A stretch of DNA of 64,000 nt from Octopus sinensis (GCF_006345805.1 NC_043007.1:29574001-29638000), one strand, 5' to 3'; positions 15,186-29,496 are shown, counted from the first letter of the stretch. The notes: a model not told the origin generated them from the letters alone. Program-made: numbers and translations.

Positions 15186-16254
15186 TTATTTCTTACCATA
15201 ATTATTCCCAGGAAGGACTTTAAGTCCAAACAACAGACGATAAACCGTTTCCCTCTTTTTCTTCCCAAACCTACACAACTCTCACTTCATGTTCCTCCAA
15301 CGAAATTCCTTCCACTGCAATGTTTTTTGTTTACTTTTTGTTCCTCTGTATTTAATGACGGAAGAAGTTTTCAGGAAATCAATTATGAACGCATTAACAA
15401 CTCCGTTTAATATACAAGCCAACATTTCTTTCAATTCAGATCTTTTATTGAATTTTGTTCTTATATTCTACCATCTGCCATTGTGGCCATTGTCCGGTTA
15501 TTGAGGTTTCTCCATCGCCCAGTATCATCTCCTTTCTAAGAGTGATCATTAGAACAGTTTATGAGAATTATGTAAGATAATCTCTCTTATCTTCCTCTCC
15601 TGACGTAATCGTCCTCACTATATCACCGCCATATTACATGCTACTTTCACGTTTCATTATTCTATTCACGTCTTTCGTTCCTACTTTTCTTACTTATAAA
15701 TTGCATTCCACCATTCGTCTGTCAAGCAGAAGACTATCTCTGCGGAGTCTGTTAATGATGACTCTCACCTGCCAGCGCTAAATAGGCTTTGTTCTACTGG
15801 ACTACATTGGACAACAGCAACAACGACGATGACAACGACAACAACAACAACAACAACAACAAAATCAACATTGTCAACTCGAGCCAACAACAAAGACTAC
15901 TCTGGCTTTAACCTGCTGGTAATGAGCGCATAAGATCACGTGTTCCTTGATATATAATGTTTGCAGAAAAAAAGTGGACTCGGAACAGCTGGAACTCTCT
16001 TCCTGACGATGTTTCCTCAATAATAAGAGGGGGAGACTTTGAGTCAAATGACAATCACCATAGCAACATTAAAGTTTATGGCTTCTCCAGACATATTAAT
16101 TCTAATTATATATAATTGAAATAATAAAGATGATACTGGTTGAGGAAATTAAGAAATTATGACGATTCCTTGTTGAGGGTCAGGAGAAATCCCTTCTTCG
16201 TCACCACACTCCTTCCTTCCCACCGTCGGCTTCAACATATTTCTCCGCCCCTTT

Positions 16255-16420
16255 CTTCTTCGTCTTCTTCTTCTTCTTCTTCTTCTTCTTCTTCTTCTTC
16301 TTCTTGTTCTTTTTCTTCTTCTTCTTCTTCTTCTTCTTCTTCTTCTTCTTTTTCTTCTTCTTCTTCTTATCCTCCTCCTCCGCCTCCTTCTTCTTCTTCC
16401 TTCCTTCCTTCCTTCCTCTC
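16255..16420. repeat. (TCT)n / pyrimidine-rich microsatellite
   Basis: Directly visible. Confidence 0.95.
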
Positions 16421-18004
16421 CTCATTGTTCCTCATTAAACCTTAATTCATACGCCTCCTCAACACATCCGATCGTCAGATGTCATCCTAGACGCGATGCG
16501 ACTGGCAACACCAAACGCTAAATACCTTTTCAAACAATCACCTATTTGGTTTACAAATATTTCGAAGTCAATTTGATACGACTCAATGTCATTTGAAACC
16601 ATCCACAATGGCGCTGAAGAAGCCAAATATATTTCCTTGCTTACATAATTCCTGTCTTGTAGAGATATTTCCGATGCTTAAGTTGGATCGGACATTTTTT
16701 TTCCAGGAATAAAATTCCAACAGAGTATTTAAACATATTACAATTGCTTGCATTACTTATATATTTTATCTTTTAAATTATAAACTAAACGATTCACTGG
16801 AGATGGTCATTTCGGGAAGTGAATTGTAGATGGAAAATTTAGTGAAGGTAATTAAAGTTTCTTATTCGCACTCTTTTCTATTTTCCGTGTTCTTTTCTGT
16901 AAAATTGTTGAAATCTTATCTAAAGTTAAAAGAAGACCCGCAGGCGAATAATCATTCGTTATGGCGATGATTGTGTCTCATAGGATTTTAAATGCACATT
17001 TTCTTCACCAGACACTTCACTAAACAAGGCCAACGATATTAGTGTAGAGTCAAAGCGTTCAAATCCACCATTGTAAATTCAATCAGGTTATTTAATGGTT
17101 CGCTGATGTCGTCTGGGTTGAGTCTAAACTTACCTTTATAAACTTCTCCCTTATTCTGACGATTATCAGTTACAAAATCGAGACAAAATTAATTTCAAAA
17201 CGATTTTTAATGCTGTCTTCTTTTATGTAATAAAAAGCTGAGATAAATCTCGCGGAGGTGGTGCTGGTCTCTCGCAGATTCTCCTGGTACCTATTTCCAA
17301 TGTCTTTGATGAATTGAAACAATGTAAAATAAAGGTTTTGCAGTTAACTTGAACTCCTAGACGTAATAATAGGCTGTTTTAATACCTAGGCCAGACGACA
17401 ATCATAACTTGACCTTTAAGAAACTGAAGGCTGTTTTAGAAATACAATTGTTGTCAAATTCTGCTAGCGTTGACATAATTAGTAATATTCTCCTGATAAC
17501 CTAATTCCAAGTCCAATTCTAAATACCCTTAATTCATCGCCCAGCTTAATGCCATACCCTGGTTGTTGGTCATTTGGCCAACAAGAGAATCCACTCTGTT
17601 GGAATCCTTAAGTTCAACCTTCTCAATATAACTTCGTGCTGCTCATATCGAACGCCTGAAAAGCCATCATGGCCGTTGACTGTCCTTTTTCTTTAATTTT
17701 GGTCAGCGAAAAAAATCAATAACTTAAATATTTAATGCATTAGTGTAGTTTGAATTATGTTGTCTGGTGGATATAAACATAATATAGGTGTTAGGTATGT
17801 GTGGTTCATATCCCATGGTATAGCGCATAGCAGTGTGTGTGTGTGTGTAGTTCGCATTACGTGGTGTAGGTGGTAGCAGAATATGGTTCATAGAATATTC
17901 TATAGTAATGCGTGGTTGATACGGCAATGTTAAGGCAGTAGTTTTGTTTAAGTGATAAAATATTTGTTGATTTCATATAACAGTGTGATCTAACATAATA
18001 TTGT

Positions 18005-18200
18005 TTCCAAGTTTAGCACAAAACCAACAATATTCGAGTGAGGGCGGGTATTACATCAACTCTAGTCGATGTAAAGTGTCAGTGACATACTGGGGTCGAT
18101 GTAATATACCCCAGTACTTGAGTGGTACTTTGTTTCATTGACCACGAAGGGATGAAAGACAAAATTGATCCCGGCGGAATTTGAACTCAAAACGTGTTGA
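18005..18200 (-). mobile_element. Degenerate SINE family A copy
   Basis: gggatgaaagacaaaattgatcccggcggaatttgaactc. Confidence 0.65.
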
Positions 18201-19246
18201 TAATGGTCAGTTGAAATAATGTTGATATGATACAATATGTTTTAGTTGATAATATTTTCAATTAAATAAGATATTTACTTGTTGATAATATTATCTCTGT
18301 GGTAAAATAGTATCTGGTTGATAATACTTCCTGAATAAAATGTTCCTTACAGCTTTGAGTAGAGACATTTCGCACAGAGAATCCTTGCTCTTCATCAGTT
18401 CCTACCAATTATTCAAATGTATCCGTTACGTGACAGAAATAACTCTATTTAAACATATATATTGCAAACCACCCACTTAATAAAATAACCCGGAAGCGAC
18501 TACATGATGGAAGAAAATGAAATTTCGGTGAGAAGAAAATTATATATTTTTGTGAGTAAATAACTTAAACCACATCATTTCAAATAATCATTTTCGCTCA
18601 AATATCTAAATCCACTTTCTGGCAACATGGCTGAAATTTGTTTAACCACTTCCGGTGCTCTATTGAAATTGTTTTCACACAATAATTGTTTAGATATGTA
18701 TTTTTTATATATATTTTTCTCGTTGTATATTTGTATCTTGCCACCCACATAGTAAAACATAATTTTATCTACTTCGATTTAGGCATAGTTAAAGAGAATT
18801 TTATCTCCATTAAATGATATAATCTTTTAATTAGCATCTAATCCCTGTTAAACCTCAAAGGTAAACACACAAAGATAACGAACGACCATATTCACAGCTT
18901 AATCAAGTTTATTCCTGTTCAATTTATCGTTCTTATTCCGCTCTTGACAAAATTTATTGAAAAATAAGAATTTCAGTTAACTGCAGAAGAAATGTTTTTT
19001 TCTTCTTCAAACGTCAAAGGTAAACAACCATCCGTCATCCACGAACGAGTGGGACTTGGTTACCTGCACCATGCTTTCGTTAATTGATTTAGGTGCTTTT
19101 GAAGTCACGAAACAGACATAACTATCCGATCGACTCAATCATCCTTGAACTCAGCAGCACATCCAGGCTGTGATGGATATCTAGATAGATAGACAGACAG
19201 ATAGACAGACAGATAGACAGACAGATAGACAGACAGACAGACAGAC

Positions 19247-19313
<67 letters not shown>

Positions 19314-20019
19314 CTGACTGGCTGGCTAGATGGATGGATAGACTGAGTGAGACAGAGTGTGTGTGTGTGTGTTGTTTCGGTTGTCGGCTGGTTCGCATTT
19401 TAAGCTAAGTAGACTAAAGCAACGTGAAATGAAGAGCCTTGCTCAAGTTAAAGTGTAAGTAATTTAGAAATATTTGTAAGAAAGTAACAACAAAATACAG
19501 GTAAAAATCAGATCAATAAGTATCGATGAAGAAAATAATATTGATTATATAGTATAGACAGCAATTTGTGGTAGAGAAAACCAATTCTGACACGGACTGA
19601 ATTTACAATCATTGATTTATGACATGGCGGGAATCTGATAAGTCTTGAAATACACAAAATGTTATGGATGCAACCCATTACCTCTTGAGAAAACAACAGA
19701 ACGTTGATGCCAAATATCTTCCGAGTGGCTGGCCATCACCGATCTGGTCAGTCATTTGACCATTCGTCAAGCAGAAGACATGAAATATTTTCATATGTGA
19801 CATGCCCCAACACTTCTCTATCTGTCCTCGATTGAATTTCTTGTCTTATTTGACTAAAGTCCCGATTATCATCAGATGTTGACTTGTGAAGGCACAAATC
19901 TCTTTTAGATTCTAAAGCTTCCACATTCGCTGCCGTACCTACATAACAATGAGGCTGAGTTCTCCCTTACTCGAGTCAGAGAAGTAATAATTTGCTTGTG
20001 TTCCTGTCTGGAATCACTG

Positions 20020-20990
20020 ACCTGCGATATCGACAGACTATGTGCCCAGATACAAGTGAGGAAGAGGCTTCACTGGATACAGGATCTGCGTTGTTTGTCA
20101 ATGAGGAAAACAGTCCGGGCTGGTACGTGAAACAACAGATTGATCTTTTGTTTATTGTTGTTAGAAATAGCAACACGATACCAAGTGGAAATATGGCTCA
20201 ACCCAAAATCATTTAAGAAACCAGATAAATAACAAAGATTAAACAACTGAAAAATGATAACGATGCATAGGCAATAGCTGAGAGAAATCGAAGGGAAGGA
20301 TAAGACCAACACCTGGAAGTGGCTAAGGAAAAGTGATCTGAAAAGATCTACTGACACATTGATATGCTGCGCATGGGAACGAGCACTGAGAACTAATTTC
20401 ATAAAGTTCCAAACAGATAAGAACAGTGAATCGATCCTTTGTAGGATGTGTGGCAACAAAAATGAAACAATCTTACATATTGTGAGTGAGTGTAGCAGGC
20501 TGGGCCAAAAGAATACGAGAGGAGGCACGAAAACGTAGCTAAGTTTGTTCACTGGAGATTGTGTGAGAAATAGGGTCTTGAAAGGACACAGAAATCGTTC
20601 GAGCATAAACCAGAAAGCGTAAGGTCTTATGGGTTTTTATTATCCAGAGTGACTTATTGATTGATGATCGGACACCAGGCATTGTTGTCGTGCATAAAAG
20701 AAAAGGAAACCAAGATCATAGATATTGCCATTCCAGGAGATGCACGAATGGGTGACAAAGAACTGAAAGAGAGTGAAAAGTACAAGCTATTAAAAGATGA
20801 AATTCCACGAATGTGGGCAACGAAGAGGGTAACTATTATCCCAGTAGTTGTAGGGGCACTGGGAACATTAACAACCTGATTTGAGAAATATATTGGCAAA
20901 ATTGGAATTGACATGCAGGAAGAACATGCTCAGAAAACTGCTTTTTTGGGGGATAGAGAGGATTTTGAGACAGGTGCTTCAAGGATAAGC
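20020..20990 (+). pseudogene. Decayed RLE-type (R4/Dong-like) non-LTR retrotransposon 3' region
   Basis: Frameshifted translation includes DIDRL..., EENSPGWYVKQ, WKWLRKSDLK, CRMCGNKNETILHIVSEC (CCHC knuckle), IIDIAIPGD and IIPVVVGALG. A long (AAT)n tract follows at 21123-21265. Confidence 0.8.
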
Positions 20991-21122
20991 TAATATCCAA
21001 GTACCAAAGCTTATAGTTTGCGGAAAGAGACAGAATTAACCGAAGCAAGTATAATTGGGGGCTCTGAGAAATGAAATGGAAATATTCGGCAAGAAATGGA
21101 AAAACAATTAAAAGAAGAAAAC

Positions 21123-21176
<54 letters not shown>

Positions 21177-21221
21177 TAAAAATAATAATAATAATAAATA
21201 ATAATAATAATAATAATAATA

Positions 21222-21265
<44 letters not shown>
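21123..21265. repeat. (AAT)n microsatellite
   Basis: Directly visible. Confidence 0.95.
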
Positions 21266-22529
21266 GATGTCTTGAGGATTATTTAAAAAAAGAAAGCAAC
21301 ATCGAAATTTCACTTCGAAAACTGAGAACAAACGCAAATAACATATTGAGAAAGAACAATAATAAAGTTTCCATATAATAACATTTGAATATTGAACGAC
21401 GGAGACTGTCTCTCGTAAAGTGACGACAAGTCAGAGCATTAAAAGGGAATCACTGGCAATACAATAGAAAAGCCACAAACAAATGAACTCACGGCTGGTT
21501 GTAAGCAAGACCTACAAAGATGGGAAAATAGAACGAAAAATACTGGAAAATAATGCTAAAAACAGCCTCGAATGCAATTTAATCTGAGTTTTCTGTTTTC
21601 TAGAGATGCTCTGCTGGGTTGTTAGTGGAACACAGTAATTAATGTTGCTTTGTACAATAATAAGATTAAAGAAGATCTGCAGGAAGTTTCTAAGGTTAAC
21701 GGATCAATGGAAAGCAAACTAATCCGTTAATAACTTCAGCGTTGTGCGTAAATCTCTGCGTGGATTATATCCACAGACGAGACAGATTAAAGCTGCTTGG
21801 ACATCATTTTCAACGAATTTACTATGGCTAACATTGAAACATCATCGTTTTCTTAAAGTCGATCGGGATCAGCAAAGGGAAAACAACTAGAAAAAACCCC
21901 CTGACAAGTTCGATTCTCGGCTGCAGATATTTTTCATTTGTCAAAAGACGCCATTGGAAATAAAATACAAACATTTATTTTTTTGTTCCTTTCCGTTTTC
22001 CAAAGACTTCGATAGATATATCACCCCACCCTCACCCCATCAATACAAAACCCTTCGCTAACAACCCAACATTACGGAAAGATTCGTTCCTGAAAAATCT
22101 GCTATAACATGAAATCACAAAACATGAAACCTATTTACCATTGACTTCCTTGTTGCATGAGAAATACATTTCGTATCAAGGAATTTTATGATACGGTGAT
22201 ACAAGGGTGCCAATACCTTCATCTGGACAGAATCAGAGGGAAGAGAATTATATAAAAACAAAAATTATGGTTGGTTGTTAGAATTCTTTTGTCAGTTCAG
22301 ATCATGGTCGGATATTACCTCACAAATTAACTTCAAGTTTAACAATATCACTGCGAACTTACGCTCTATCTCGCCATTGTCATCCGCTTCGCTAATCCTG
22401 TGCCGGGATGGATCTGTGAAATCCATTCCTGATAAGGTCTACAACATGGACTGGAATTCGGGAAGTTCTGGCGGAATAGCACTATCATTTAGTCTTTTAT
22501 TCTTTTACTTGTTCCAGCCATTACACTGC

Positions 22530-22700
22530 GTCCATGCTGGGGCAATGTCTGGGAGATTTTTAGGCGAATGAATCGACCCCAGTCCTTATTTATGAAAGCA
22601 TGGTAGTTACTCTATCTGTTACTTGGCCGAACCGCTAAGTTACAGGTACGTACACACAGGTAGTGGGGGAATGTACACATACACATACATACATATAACG

Positions 22701-22740
<40 letters not shown>

Positions 22741-22940
22741 ATTTGTGAGTCTGTGTTTGTCCCTCCACCATCGCTTGACAAGCGGTGTTGGTGTGTTTAC
22801 GTCTCCGTAACCTAGCGGTTCGACAAAAGAAAATAAGGACTAAGCTTAAAAAGAATATGTCCTGGGGTCGATTTGTTCGACTAAAGGTGGTGCCCCAGCA
22901 TGGCCGCAGTCAAATGACTGAAACAAATAAAAGAACAAAA
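22530..22940. mobile_element. Two SINE family B fragments in opposite orientation (22530-22665 minus, 22745-22940 plus)
   Basis: gccgaaccgctaagttac versus gtaacctagcggttcgac, plus the shared tail ccccagcatggccgcagtcaaatgactgaaac. Confidence 0.75.
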
Positions 22941-22945
22941 GAATA

Positions 22946-23003
<58 letters not shown>

Positions 23004-23006
23004 GCA

Positions 23007-23084
<78 letters not shown>

Positions 23085-23184
23085 ATAGATATATATAGGG
23101 CAAATGAAAGACGGAAGATGGAATATACAAGAATTTATTGATCACGAGCATTCGTTTTATTATCCAATATAAATAAATAAATAA

Positions 23185-23215
<31 letters not shown>

Positions 23216-23216
23216 G

Positions 23217-23268
<52 letters not shown>

Positions 23269-24015
23269 GATTACATGAATATACAAATTATCGTCAAAGT
23301 CGGAAAAATTGCAGCTATTTATTTTCCTAAAATGTAATACTACACTGTTTGATGTTAAACTAAATATTAAGATACAAACTCGACGAAACTAAACAGAAAC
23401 AGTGTACAGCAACGATCGCAACAGAATGAATAACAACAGTTACACCATCAACAGTAAATACACCACTAACAACAACGCGAGCAACATCAAAAGCAACAAT
23501 AATAATAACAACAGCAACATGAAATCACAAACATTAAACGAAATGAAAACCAAAATGGCGTATATAATTCCTGTGAAAAAATACAAAATGTTTGTATTTG
23601 GTTGTATTTATAATATTTTGCAGTTAATTGCATTGAATTAATCGATCTAATCGGTTAATTTTTGTAGTTTTGAGTAGGCAGTTTAATGAACACATATAAT
23701 CGCTTAAGATTTTTACTGGTTTCTATTCTTGTCTTGTCTTCTTCCGTTTTTCTCTGTTTCCGCAATTTTTCACTCATGTTCGTTCCAAGTTTCGTTGCTT
23801 TTCATTTCTCATCGTTTTGCAGTATAATTTCATTTATAAAATAACAAATAAGCAATATATTATCATATACACACATACATATATACATACATACATACAT
23901 ACATGCATACACAGGCGTATGTACGTACATGCATACGTACATACATACACACTTGTATGCATACATACACACATACATACGTACATATATATGACGAACT
24001 AACTGTTACTTTCTC

Positions 24016-24160
24016 AGATGCAGCACGGATTTTTGTCAGTGAACAGGTCGCGGATTTTAGCGACGAAAATATTTTGACAAATTAAACTTAAATGTTGGAG
24101 TGAATCGAACGGCTTTTGTGTGTTTCTTAAATGGCTTATAAACACCTTCCACGCTGCAAT
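24016..24160. repeat. Dispersed repeat, related to 54747-54905
   Basis: Shared atggcttataaacaccttccacgctgcaat, plus a 36-bp block present in opposite orientation in the two copies. Confidence 0.75.
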
Positions 24161-24479
24161 ATATTATCACATTTATTATGGGTAAAATCTAAACAGAGTT
24201 AGTAATTTTTGGTGGATATGTATGGAGTTTAAGGCGGACTTTTGACATGGAAAGATGCGATTATGTGTTTGAGGCTTGAAGACTGACGATTAGGAGCAGC
24301 TGATTGGACATTTGACCGGTTGTGGAGAGAGGACAATTTCTGCCCTGGAAGCAAACGCGCGAGCGCCCGCACGGGATTATGCGTGTACAGATCGAGAGAG
24401 AAAGGAAGAGAGGGAGAGAGAGAGAGAGAAAGGAAGAGAGGGAGAGGGAGAGAGCTTTTATTTTTTACTTATTTTTGTC

Positions 24480-24900
24480 ATAATACAGTGGCCATGCTGG
24501 AGTAGTGCCTTGAAGAGCTTTCGTTGAATGAATTGACACCAGTAGTTTTATCTTTTTTAAGCCTGGTATTTATTCCATCAGTCTCTTTTGCCGAACCACT
24601 GCGTCGCGGGGACGTAAGTGCACCAACACCGGTTGTCAAGCAGTGGTGGAGGACAAAAACAAGCACAAAAACACTCACAAATATATCATATATACATATA
24701 TACGTAACTTACACACGCACGCACGTACGCACACACACACACGCACGCACACACACACACATGATGGGATTCTTTCAGTTTCCCTCTACTAAATCTACTC
24801 ACAAGGCTTTGGTCGGATCGAGGCTATAGTAGAAGACACTTGCCCAAGAATCCGGAAGAATTGTGGTTTGGAAGCAGACTCCTCACCACACAGCCACGCC
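24480..24900 (-). mobile_element. SINE family B, near full length, with internal (CA)n
   Basis: Runs from tggccatgctggag to ctcaccacacagccacgcct, the same body as 29565-29995. Confidence 0.85.
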
Positions 24901-25797
24901 TACGCCAATTTCCATCGATTAATTGGACACGATTCACGTAAATACTGAAATGCATAAAAAGAAGCTCACTCAGACAGAAAAAGGGAAGGAAAAAGAGAGA
25001 GAGAAACGGAAAGAACGAGAAAACATAAACAAACGAGAAACACTAATAGGTCTGATGTCAAATAGGTCAGCGTCGAATTATTGGTGCCAAAAACGGACTA
25101 TTCCTTTTAAGGACTGGTTAACGGCTTCTCTATCTCTCTGTCCAAGCTAACTCAATGGGTTTTGCAATTTAGAAAGCTTGAATAAGGCGGGGGTGGTGGG
25201 TGGAATGGTTCAGTATTAGATCAGAGACCTGGCTTCAATAATGCAATAAAAACAGACTCTAGGAAAGGTATCCTTGGCCAAGATGGTGGTGGTGGTGGTC
25301 TTAAACCGGATGATATATTAAGTCTACCTTTCAGAAAACCTAATAATAGTCTTCCATTCAGTTTCTGTTCACGAAATTCCCCTTCCAATATTAATTATAA
25401 ATAATTCATACCCATATTGAGCTGCAGTATAAATTACTGATAGTTCAAATATCGATTGCAAATGAATTTTGCATTTAATTCTGATGAGTTGAGTTTAGCA
25501 ACTCGTGAATAAATATTTGCATATATTACTGCATAATATAACAGTATTCAGGAGAAGGAATTTCAACGAAAAACTTTGTAAATCAATGTAAAATAATGGA
25601 GGGGGGAGGGGGCTTTCTTACTCCATTCTCCTCGTCTGTAGTTGGGAAAATCCCGCGGACATTTGTGTGGATTTTCTGTTATGTGTTTAGTGAAACAATC
25701 TCCGAATTATTATCCGCCTGATAGCCTAGATTCGCGGATAAGCTTAATTGGGTAAACACCAGCGTCAATAGAAACTGTTTTAAGTAATATCTATCTG

Positions 25798-25880
<83 letters not shown>

Positions 25881-25900
25881 CTCTATCTCTCTATCTCTCT

Positions 25901-25985
<85 letters not shown>

Positions 25986-26741
25986 GGGGGAAACAGAGAT
26001 GTGTGTATATGTGTGTCTCTCTGTTTTGCACTATAAAACATGGACTATTAAACATTTCCGGCTGTATTTCCTCGCGATTTGTTTCATTCCGACAGTTCTT
26101 CTGCCTTCACCAATATCCATTGTTATTGACGCTACCAAAGAATGTCCAGGTTTTTCTTTTCCTTTTGCCTCAGACTGCAGCTCGTCCTTTTCTTGCTCAA
26201 CCACACCCGAGACCAGATGTAATCAGTCCGAATATTTCGTTTTATTCACAACTTGCTGACCCTTTTTATTCTTTATCCTTAGATTTGATCTTTACTTGAA
26301 ACACGTCTGTCATGTTTTTGATGCAGTTTTTCCTCTGTCTCCTTTTGACCTCACAAACCTTCTTGTCCGAGTGAAACGCCAACAACAGCAAGCATCGTCC
26401 ATCTTATTACACAGCCTGCTCATCCTATTCCTAGAAGAAGCTCCTCACACTTTCGTCTTCGTGACTCGCACCAATCCTTAATTCCTTCCAATTTTACGCT
26501 CTTCTTTCATGTGTTCTCTCAAAATTAGCTTCCAAATGAAGCATCGAGTCAGCACCCAAGTGCTGCTACTCCAGTCACGCCAAAATGGTGCTGCATTATT
26601 GCAATATGGCTTTGAAATAGCAGAACATTCTTCAAATCCACCTTTAGTCTTTAGTCTTTAGCCCCATTTCGAAGTCTGGGGATTCGGTCTTCAGTTTCCA
26701 CTTCTGCTTTGCCTTTTTTTCAACAACCTCGCTCTGAACAG

Positions 26742-26785
26742 GGTGCAACACGGTGCAACACGGTGCAACACGGTGCAACACGGTG
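26742..26785. repeat. (GGTGCAACAC)x4 minisatellite
   Basis: Four perfect 10-mers, directly visible. Confidence 0.95.
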
Positions 26786-27275
26786 AAGCATGTGCAAATG
26801 GTGCCACTTGGTGGCAATTCGCATTACATTGACACAGCTGCATATTTAGTGCATTAGCAAATATATGCAAGAAATGCACATGTCGCTATGCATATTCTGC
26901 AAAGTTGTTTTGCATATAACTAAAAAGAAAGTGGGAGAGAGAGGGACAGAGAGAGAGACAGAAAGATGGACAAAGAGAGAGGAAGAGAGAAGGGTAGAGA
27001 GAAGGAAGAAATAGAAATAAAGAGAGAGACATAGACAAACAGGTGCATTCACACATAAGCACACACACACAGATACACACACACACACGCACACACACTC
27101 ACTGGCACACGCGCGTGCACACACATATTTCTCGTACATTGGTGCAATATCTTCATGAATGAATGAATGCCTATTCAATAAACATAACCAGTTGATAATA
27201 ACCTATGGCGGATCACTAATTACTGTAAACATATACGAGTGTGCACGAGGGTGCGCCGAAGTATGATTGCGTATC

Positions 27276-27325
<50 letters not shown>

Positions 27326-27558
27326 TATATATATTTATGTATGTATATATATATACATATGGATTGATGTGTATATATATATATTTATATATATATATAC
27401 ATCTATATACATAGATATGTAGAAATATATATATATATATATATACATACATACCTACTATATATATATATATATAATATATACATATACATACGTACAT
27501 ACATACATACCTACACACATATATATATATATACATACATAATATATATATTATATAT

Positions 27559-27591
<33 letters not shown>

Positions 27592-27756
27592 GCGATTATA
27601 ATTATTTTTATTTTAATCGCAATTTGATTTGTTTATTATATATATATATATAATATATATATATATATGTATACATATAAATATATATATATATACATAC
27701 ATACATACATATATATATATTTGTACATATATATATATATATATTATATATAATAT

Positions 27757-27803
<47 letters not shown>

Positions 27804-28478
27804 ATATATACATATATATATACTGCACATATCTATGTATGTATGTATGCACATAGAACACAATAGAATCCGATCTAATTAAACGAATCGTATCGATAGA
27901 GCTTCCAAACGATCTCCATATTTCCCCCCAACAGCTTTCACGCGGTTCCTCGCCCCCGCAGCCAACGACAAGCAATGTGCTCCCCATGTGGCTATCATGC
28001 AGCGCATCTGCTTTTCTGACTGTGTCTACCAACTGTGGTGCATTTTGCAAACACTGTGCACTGTGCAGTGTACAACTTCAGTGGGCGGTTATCAACAACA
28101 ACCATCTCTTCCTTGCTGTTTCCAGTTCGTATCTTGCCATACTGCAAATACCATTTACTGTATTGTTTCTGAACTTCTCTCTCTCTCACTCTCTCTCTCT
28201 CTCTCTCTCATTCTCTCATTCCGTCATTCTCTCATAAATACAGCCTCTTTCCCTTCTCTCTCTCTCTTTCTCACCTCCTCTCCTTTATTTCTGCTCCCTC
28301 TCTCCTTCTCTCACATATACATAGTCTCTCCCTTCTCTACTCTTTCTCTTTCTCTCCTCCTCTCTTTTCCTTTCCTTCTACTTCTCCCTTCCTCTTGCAT
28401 TTGACATGTTTCTTTAGATTTCTTTTTCAGTTTCTCTCTCACTCGTATAACACTAATCTCTCTCTCTTTCTCTGTCTG

Positions 28479-28545
<67 letters not shown>

Positions 28546-28999
28546 CTTCTCTCTCTCTCTCTCTATCTGCCTGCCTGTCTGTCTGTCTGTATAGCTACAA
28601 GTACACACACATATATATATATACCTATACGTGTGTGTATATATGTGTATACACACACAGACACATATAGTTAAGAATCCGTTGAATTAGGTACTTCAAC
28701 TGAGGTACCTTGCTAAGTCGGTATAATCCGTGTACCTAAACAATATCAATTGAACATTGAATATCAAGACTCCGTGTAGGTGTGTTTGTACCAGATATTA
28801 CTGTCATCTGAGCAGACAACACAACCCAGTTAAGTGAAGATATCCGCTCTTGGTAATCCAGACATGGAGTTTTTTTTATTTATAAAAGTACTTTCCATAG
28901 TATTTCCGAAGAGCAAATTCCAAGTTAGGTTCATAAAATATGAGTACAGGTGAATTGAAACGGCCGTAATGAATTGGCACCTGTACATCTTTGTTACTA

Positions 29000-29064
<65 letters not shown>

Positions 29065-29400
29065 TTTATGTATGCGTTTTGCAAGATTCTTGATGTGAAT
29101 TCGTGTGTTGAAACATATATTGTTGTATTTGGGGATGGTCATGTTGCCAGTTTCGCCAACGCAAACACACGCACTATATTAATTGTATTTCGGCCAGAGT
29201 TCTTTCGTCACACTTCTGTGACCTCATCAGTGGTCCTTTGCTTTCTTCTTTCTTTTTGGGGTCTCTCCTTCCTAACGACCTGCCATTTTGTGTTCCTGTT
29301 GCATGTGCCTTTATTTGCGCATGTGTATATCCCTATGTGTCTATGTTTGGTTACTGGGTGTGGGGGAATGTGCATGGTACCTGCATTAACAGCATCTCCG
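29065..29400 (-). mobile_element. Solo PLE pseudo-LTR related to 6076-6500
   Basis: Colinear matches: gtgtgttgaaac, ggtcat.ttgccagttt, acacacgcactata, ttctttcgtcacac, catcagtggtcctttg, ccattttgt, ttgcgcatg. Confidence 0.75.
29192..29236 (-). ncRNA. Minimal type I hammerhead ribozyme motif
   Basis: ggacca-CTGATGA-g-GTCACA-gaag-TGTGAC-GAAAG-aa-CTC-tggcc. Stem II is 6 bp, stem I is 5 bp with a bulged A, the triplet is CUC, and stem III is very short. Confidence 0.55.
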
Positions 29401-29496
29401 ATTTATTCACGCTCGTTTTATTTTATTTTAATTATTTGTTTTTATCTACTTACTTTTTCTTTTTCTATATTAATTTATTTGTTTATGCATTTAATT

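Noticed and set aside
25482-25512. CTGATGAGTTG...CAACTC hairpin
   Set aside because: The required GAAA after stem II is absent and there is no stem I or III.
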